Shown: positions 45,543-49,250 of the stretch, piece after piece | Layout of the letters: each line of letters begins with the position of its first letter | Numbering within the stretch: position 1 is the first letter of the stretch | DNA from: a virus | Lineage: Duplodnaviria > Caudoviricetes | Strand: one strand, 5' to 3' | Length of the DNA stretch: 49,250 nt | IMG/VR virus record: IMGVR_UViG_3300031892_000002 | Coordinates: 1 to 49,250 of that record | Notes under the pieces: model-generated | What the model saw: only the letters and a program-made list of their open reading frames with translations | What the model was told of the DNA's origin: nothing | The model's database searches: none | Translations under genes and position numbers: made by a program

Positions 45543-46390
45543 TGGTCGCGGCCGTTCTGTGTTGGGTTGACCATGGCCTGGAGGAGTTGGATCGCAGAGT
45601 CCTGAAGGATGTTGGTGGTCGGTGCCAGGGCGGCCCGAGCGGCGGCCCGAGCGGCGTCCCAAGTGGCGTCCCGAGTGGCGTCCCGAGCGGCGGCCCCAGC
45701 GGCGGCCCCAGCGGCGTCCCAAGTGGCGTCCCGAGCGGCGGCCCAAGTGGCGGCCCGAGCGGCGGCCCCAGCGGCGTCCCAAGCGGCGGCCCGAGCGGCG
45801 TCCCCAGCGGCGTCCCAAGTGGCGTCCCCAGCGGCGTCCCCAGCGGCGTCCCAAGCGGCGTCCCAAGCGGCAACCCGAGCGGCGGCCCCAGCGGCTTCCC
45901 GAGCGGCGGCCCAAGCGGCCTCCCGAGCGGCGGCCCGAGCGGCGTCCCGAGCGGCGGCCCCAGCGGCGGCTGCCTTCACCCGCGCCTCACGAACCACCGG
46001 ACCAGCAGACCACGCAGCCGACATGTCCACGATTCGCCGCAGGCCCCGAAGCGCCTGCGCCTCGGTGGCAAGGCCGGCGACGTCGAGCCATGCGGGGGTG
46101 TAGGTGCGGATGAACCAGTCGAGAGCAAGGTAGCCGCGCGTTTCGTCGTGTCCGTCGCCTGCGGTGCCGAGCATGAGGGGGGCGTAGGGCTTGAGTTCCT
46201 GGCGCTTGTCGTCGGGCAGGACATCGTTGAGGCTTCGGCCGTAGGCGCCGAGGACGGGGCTGACACAGGTGGGGTTGTCGGTGTGGGGTTCGCCTGCGAG
46301 CCAGGCGACGGCTTCCAGGAGGCAGACGCCGTCTTCTCGGGTCTTGTGGGCGCCGGTGTCGAGGGTGATGAGGTTCAGGTCGATAGTCAC
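45539..46390 (-). CDS. Ala-rich tetrapeptide-repeat protein (AA[W/R/G][D/A])
   Basis: GAH.....G.C.LEAVAW.AGE...D.P.CVSP N-domain plus about 28 four-residue repeats. Confidence 0.8.
   Translation of the reverse strand: MTIDLNLITLDTGAHKTREDGVCLLEAVAWLAGEPHTDNPTCVSPVLGAYGRSLNDVLPDDKRQELKPYAPLMLGTAGDGHDETRGYLALDWFIRTYTPAWLDVAGLATEAQALRGLRRIVDMSAAWSAGPVVREARVKAAAAGAAARDAARAAAREAAWAAAREAAGAAARVAAWDAAWDAAGDAAGDATWDAAGDAARAAAWDAAGAAARAATWAAARDATWDAAGAAAGAAARDATRDATWDAARAAARAALAPTTNILQDSAIQLLQAMVNPTQNGRDQ
45631..45968. repeat. about 28 tandem 12-bp coding repeats
   Basis: Minus-strand consensus GCC GCT NGG GMC. Confidence 0.9.
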
Positions 46391-46563
46391 TGGTCGCATC
46401 CGTTCTGCTGGCCGGGGATCTTGGGGATGGGGGTGATGAGGGCGACGGGGATGCGCTGTTGGCCGTCGGTGAGGAGGTAGGTATTTCCAGCGATGGCGCC
46501 GTTGATGATTGTGCGCATCTTGTCGCGCAGTTCGCCGATGCTGACGGGGATGGGTTCGTTCAT
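46387..46563 (-). CDS. Phd/YefM-like protein (orphan)
   Basis: VSIGELR.KM..II..A..G...LLT.....PVALITP. Confidence 0.7.
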   Translation of the reverse strand: MNEPIPVSIGELRDKMRTIINGAIAGNTYLLTDGQQRIPVALITPIPKIPGQQNGCDQ

Positions 46564-46583
46564 GGCGGGGTCTCCTGGTCTGT

Positions 46584-46997
46584 TCAGGCGATGCGCTGTG
46601 CGGCAAAAAAGGCGTTGACGATGTCGAGCTTGGTGCGGGCGCTGTTGGGGTTGGCGCCGGAGGCGGTGACGGCGTCGCGGATGGCCTTGTCTCCGGCGGT
46701 TTCGATGGCTCGGGCCTGTGCGGGGGTGGCGTTGGGGTTGGCCTTCTTGGCGGCGCGGATGGCCTTGTGGGCGGCGATGAGGGCGGTTCCCTGTGCGGTG
46801 CGCTTGAGGGCGGCGTTGGCGGCAGTGCGGGTGCTGTGGACGGGGCTGAGGGTCATGCCGGTGGTGACGTAGGCGGCGCCGTTGGCGGTGTTGAACACCC
46901 AGCCGAGGGTCTTCTTGTTGGTGTCCTTGACGGCGCGGAAGGTGTTGGCGTCGGTGTGGGTGATGCTGGCGATTTCCTTGGCGATGTTGATGTTCAT
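46584..46997 (-). CDS. basic Ala/Lys-rich hypothetical protein; first gene of a putative early operon
   Basis: GGAAGG RBS; downstream of a consensus promoter. Confidence 0.7.
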   Translation of the reverse strand: MNINIAKEIASITHTDANTFRAVKDTNKKTLGWVFNTANGAAYVTTGMTLSPVHSTRTAANAALKRTAQGTALIAAHKAIRAAKKANPNATPAQARAIETAGDKAIRDAVTASGANPNSARTKLDIVNAFFAAQRIA

Positions 46998-47034
46998 GGT
47001 GGGTGCCTTCCGCTCCTCTGGGGTGATGAGAACT

Positions 47035-47063
47035 ATCATGACAGGTGGATATCCGCCCGTCAA
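47035..47063 (-). promoter_or_regulatory. promoter TTGACG-N17-CATGAT with operator GGTGGATATCCGCC (47044-47057) in the spacer
   Basis: Direct reading of the hexamers and the palindrome. Confidence 0.75.
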
Positions 47064-47084
47064 GTCCATCACCCGGAAACGCCA

Positions 47085-47115
47085 AGAGGCGCCCCGCCGA
47101 AATCGGGGCGCCTCT
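47085..47115 (-). terminator. 12-bp-stem hairpin insulating the early promoter
   Basis: AGAGGCGCCCCG / CGGGGCGCCTCT. Confidence 0.72.
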
Positions 47116-47424
47116 CGTGACGTGACACCAGACCCAGAAACGCCGGCGGAGTGCAATCCGTGTCGGCGCCCGGAAGCGGGACTGTGCTGAATCGAGCGTA
47201 GCGCACCCCTGGCAGCCGATCAGCCGCGCTGCGCCCCATCACCCGCGCCGACCCGCGTTCGCCCTGCAGGCGCCCGTACGGCACTGCAGGTGGCCGGTTC
47301 TAGTGGCATTCACCGTTCCGTCACCCGGACATGCTTGGAGCCGCATCCGATCATGTGACATGCTCACGAACGCAGCCCCCGCTGTGCTTCCCACGAAGCT
47401 GCACAGCAGGGGCCCCAGCAAACT

Positions 47425-47466
47425 AAGCGGGACCGTGGATCACTCATCTATCCACGGCCCCGCTTT
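47425..47466 (-). terminator. long hairpin directly after the replication gene
   Basis: AAGCGGGACCGTGGAT / ATCCACGGCCCCGCTT, followed by AGTTT on the minus strand. Confidence 0.65.
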
Positions 47467-47469
47467 CTG

Positions 47470-48303
47470 CTACCCGGCGCGCAGCTCCTCGCGCCGGCAT
47501 GCCGCGCACAGCTCACGGCCCGTCTGGTTCCTCATCCGGCCGTGACAACGCGCGCACCGCTTCGTGCCGCATCCCCACTCTTCTTCCCCGGTGAGATTCG
47601 TCTTTGTCGCCACGGGGAGGACGCTGGGTACCTCAGGTTGAGTGACAACCTCAGGCATCGTCATGGGGTAGTCCATGGAATAACCCTGGTAGGTGGGGGG
47701 CCTGCCCCCCTGGGTGGTAGGGGGGCAGGCCCCCCAGGTGGGTAGGGGGCCTGCCCCCCTAGGTTCGGGTTCGTCTTCGGGTGGCTCCTGGTCCCAAACG
47801 TAGGGGGCCTGCCCCCCTGGGTTCGAGTCTTCGACCTGGGGGGGCACGCCCCCTAGGTTCCCCTGCGCTGCCTTCGCCCGATCGGCGCGACTTCCATCGC
47901 GATCCGGCCGCACCCGGGACGACTTCTGCAGGAACGACTGTGCCGCGCCCCAGTCCGGAAACGGCGACAGGAGCAACGAGTAGAGGACCGCCACTCCAGG
48001 CTTCGGGTCCCCGACCTTGCACATCACGCCTGCGGCGATGGCGGCGTTCACGTACCGTCGCGCGTCCTTGACGTCGACCCGGGCTCCTTTGGCCAGCTTG
48101 GGCAGCGGGATCGGCTTACCGCCCCTGGCGAACCGGAGGTGTCCGCTTGCGTCTGCCGCTGATCCGGCGGCGTACAGGACGGCCACGAAGCCCCCGGGGA
48201 GCAGCGATGGGATGTCCTGCGCCCAGTCCCAGAACAGGCGTTGCCGCCATGCGTGGGCCGTGCTTCCGGGGTTCTTCTCGGGGGTCGAGGGTGTCTGGTC
48301 CAC
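47470..48303 (-). CDS. putative replication initiator (N-terminal wHTH-like, Pro/Gly linker with iterons, C-terminal Zn ribbon)
   Basis: LAKGARVD...ARRY...A...G helix pattern; internal DNA repeats; CARCH...CAAC. Confidence 0.62.
   Translation of the reverse strand: MDQTPSTPEKNPGSTAHAWRQRLFWDWAQDIPSLLPGGFVAVLYAAGSAADASGHLRFARGGKPIPLPKLAKGARVDVKDARRYVNAAIAAGVMCKVGDPKPGVAVLYSLLLSPFPDWGAAQSFLQKSSRVRPDRDGSRADRAKAAQGNLGGVPPQVEDSNPGGQAPYVWDQEPPEDEPEPRGAGPLPTWGACPPTTQGGRPPTYQGYSMDYPMTMPEVVTQPEVPSVLPVATKTNLTGEEEWGCGTKRCARCHGRMRNQTGRELCAACRREELRAG
47696..47854. repeat. iteron-like 16-mer GGGGGCCTGCCCCCCT x4 (one inverted) plus one degenerate copy; candidate origin
   Basis: 47696-47711, 47719-47734 (inverted), 47745-47760, 47803-47818; degenerate copy 47838-47854. 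Confidence 0.8.
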
Positions 48304-48308
48304 GGCGC

Positions 48309-48494
48309 CTACTGCTCGGCCGCGCAGGCCGGTCCCTGGTCGAGCAGCCTTTCCAGGAGAGCGATGGGTACGACGGCCACGTGGTCGATGTTGTATCGCG
48401 TGAGGATGGTGACGGTGTCGTCGTCCCTGGCGTCCCGCATGATGTCGGTCAACTTGTCGCGGGCCTGCCGGCTTTGCATTCGCTTGATCTTCAT
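48309..48494 (-). CDS. Phd/YefM-like protein (orphan), upstream of the replication gene
   Basis: MQSRQARDKLTDIM..A......ILTRY....VAVVP. Confidence 0.78.
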   Translation of the reverse strand: MKIKRMQSRQARDKLTDIMRDARDDDTVTILTRYNIDHVAVVPIALLERLLDQGPACAAEQ

Positions 48495-48500
48495 GGTCAA

Positions 48501-48548
48501 ACGTTAGCGCTTGTGTTGACACAATTCCATTGGTGGCGCCAACCAATG
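48501..48548 (-). promoter_or_regulatory. leaderless promoter (-10 TAACGT) with palindromes TTGTGT-tg-ACACAA and CATTGGT-N7-ACCAATG
   Basis: -10 at 48501-48506; inverted repeats at 48511-48524 and 48528-48548. Confidence 0.6.
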
Positions 48549-48686
48549 AGCCAAACGGGGCCGGTCCCTAGGAGAACCGGCCCCACCCCGCACACCCCCC
48601 GACCGAAAAGGGGCGCACCACCACACTCCACCCACACCACCCGACGCGCCACCCCGTACGGCCAACCAGACCAACCCCGGAAACGC

Positions 48687-48721
48687 AGAAAGGCCCCCCG
48701 GCACGAACAGGGGACCTCTCT
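48687..48721 (-). terminator. hairpin with T-rich tail after the ART-like gene; second hairpin at 48557-48584
   Basis: Imperfect GC-rich stem followed by CGTTT on the minus strand. Confidence 0.55.
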
Positions 48722-48749
48722 ACAGCGGCGACCTCCACCACCCAGCAGG

Positions 48750-49217
48750 CTACTGCGGGAACCTGATCCCCGCTTCCCAAGCCGGCGACGGTAGGGCATT
48801 CACCATCAACGCCCCCGACTCCCGGTCCAACCGCCGCCACTTCCGCACCAGCGTCCGCCGCTGCGCATCCGTCAACCGGACACACCGCTCCAACACCGAC
48901 ACCACCCGCGCCTCCGACGCACACCACGTCAGCCAGTGGTCCTCAGACGACTTCACCACGTCCCCCAGCAACTCAATCCGGTACAGGTCACCCATCGGGT
49001 ACTTCGACGCGTAGAACCTCGCGTACGGCCTGTCCGCACACGCATACACCATCTGCGTCTTCGTCGCCGGATCGATCACGTTCCCGTTCGCGTCGGTCCA
49101 GTCCTCACCCGTCGCACGTGCCACACAGATCGCGCACCCGTCGACCACGTTCGGTGCATGCGGCACCAGAACATCCCCGGGCTGCTTACCCGGCACGCCA
49201 CCGTGGAGCAGGATCAC
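48750..49217 (-). CDS. Arr-like ADP-ribosyltransferase-fold protein
   Basis: LLHGG...PGD.L, VY......A..YA, G.LY.IE..G....ED and A.VV.V.E match the Arr-type ART layout. Confidence 0.68.
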   Translation of the reverse strand: MILLHGGVPGKQPGDVLVPHAPNVVDGCAICVARATGEDWTDANGNVIDPATKTQMVYACADRPYARFYASKYPMGDLYRIELLGDVVKSSEDHWLTWCASEARVVSVLERCVRLTDAQRRTLVRKWRRLDRESGALMVNALPSPAWEAGIRFPQ

Positions 49218-49250
49218 GGCATGACTCCCTTCTCCATGTGAACCTTCGCC
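49126..49250. repeat. 125-bp terminal direct repeat, copy 2
   Basis: Identical to 1-125. Confidence 0.95.

Noticed and set aside
45631-45968. CRISPR array
   Set aside because: Contiguous 12-bp units with no unique spacers, in frame within a gene, and no cas genes.
45345-46480. Collagen-like GGPS/GVPS, PLGT and RRWG repeat ORFs
   Set aside because: Alternative readings of the same 12-bp repeat; only the Ala-rich frame has a globular N-domain and coupled start and stop codons.
47116-47466. tRNA gene
   Set aside because: No cloverleaf with a T-loop and acceptor stem could be traced by eye.
48750-49217. Calling this a bona fide rifampicin-resistance gene (arr)
   Set aside because: Only the ART core pattern is evident; the substrate cannot be inferred, so no gene symbol was given.

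Overview
The window appears to be a complete, circularly permuted genome (about 49,125 bp plus a 125-bp terminal overlap) of a high-GC actinobacterial siphovirus. The host is most likely Streptomyces, inferred from WhiB, DUF6221, DUF2637, the holin type and the near-absence of TTA codons. Virtually all of the ~95 genes are on the minus strand; the one clear exception is a small ribbon-helix-helix gene at 38236-38418. Modules: (1) packaging and head, with TerS, TerL, portal, MuF, protease and separate hexamer- and pentamer-type capsid proteins as in cluster-B-like actinophages; (2) neck and tail, with extra fibre/decoration genes; (3) lysis, with amidase, holin and a membrane protein; (4) Cro-like HTH, a RecE/RecT-type recombination pair and WhiB; (5) an Arr-like ADP-ribosyltransferase, two orphan Phd-like proteins and an iteron-containing replication initiator; (6) a long run of small accessory genes, including an orphan C5 methyltransferase, a Tat-exported SGNH hydrolase and a DUF2637-led cluster of small membrane proteins. 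I could not recognise an integrase, partition system, DNA polymerase, tRNA or CRISPR array. All family calls come from motif recognition by eye, not database searches, and many starts were moved from the ORF track to the RBS- or overlap-supported codon.
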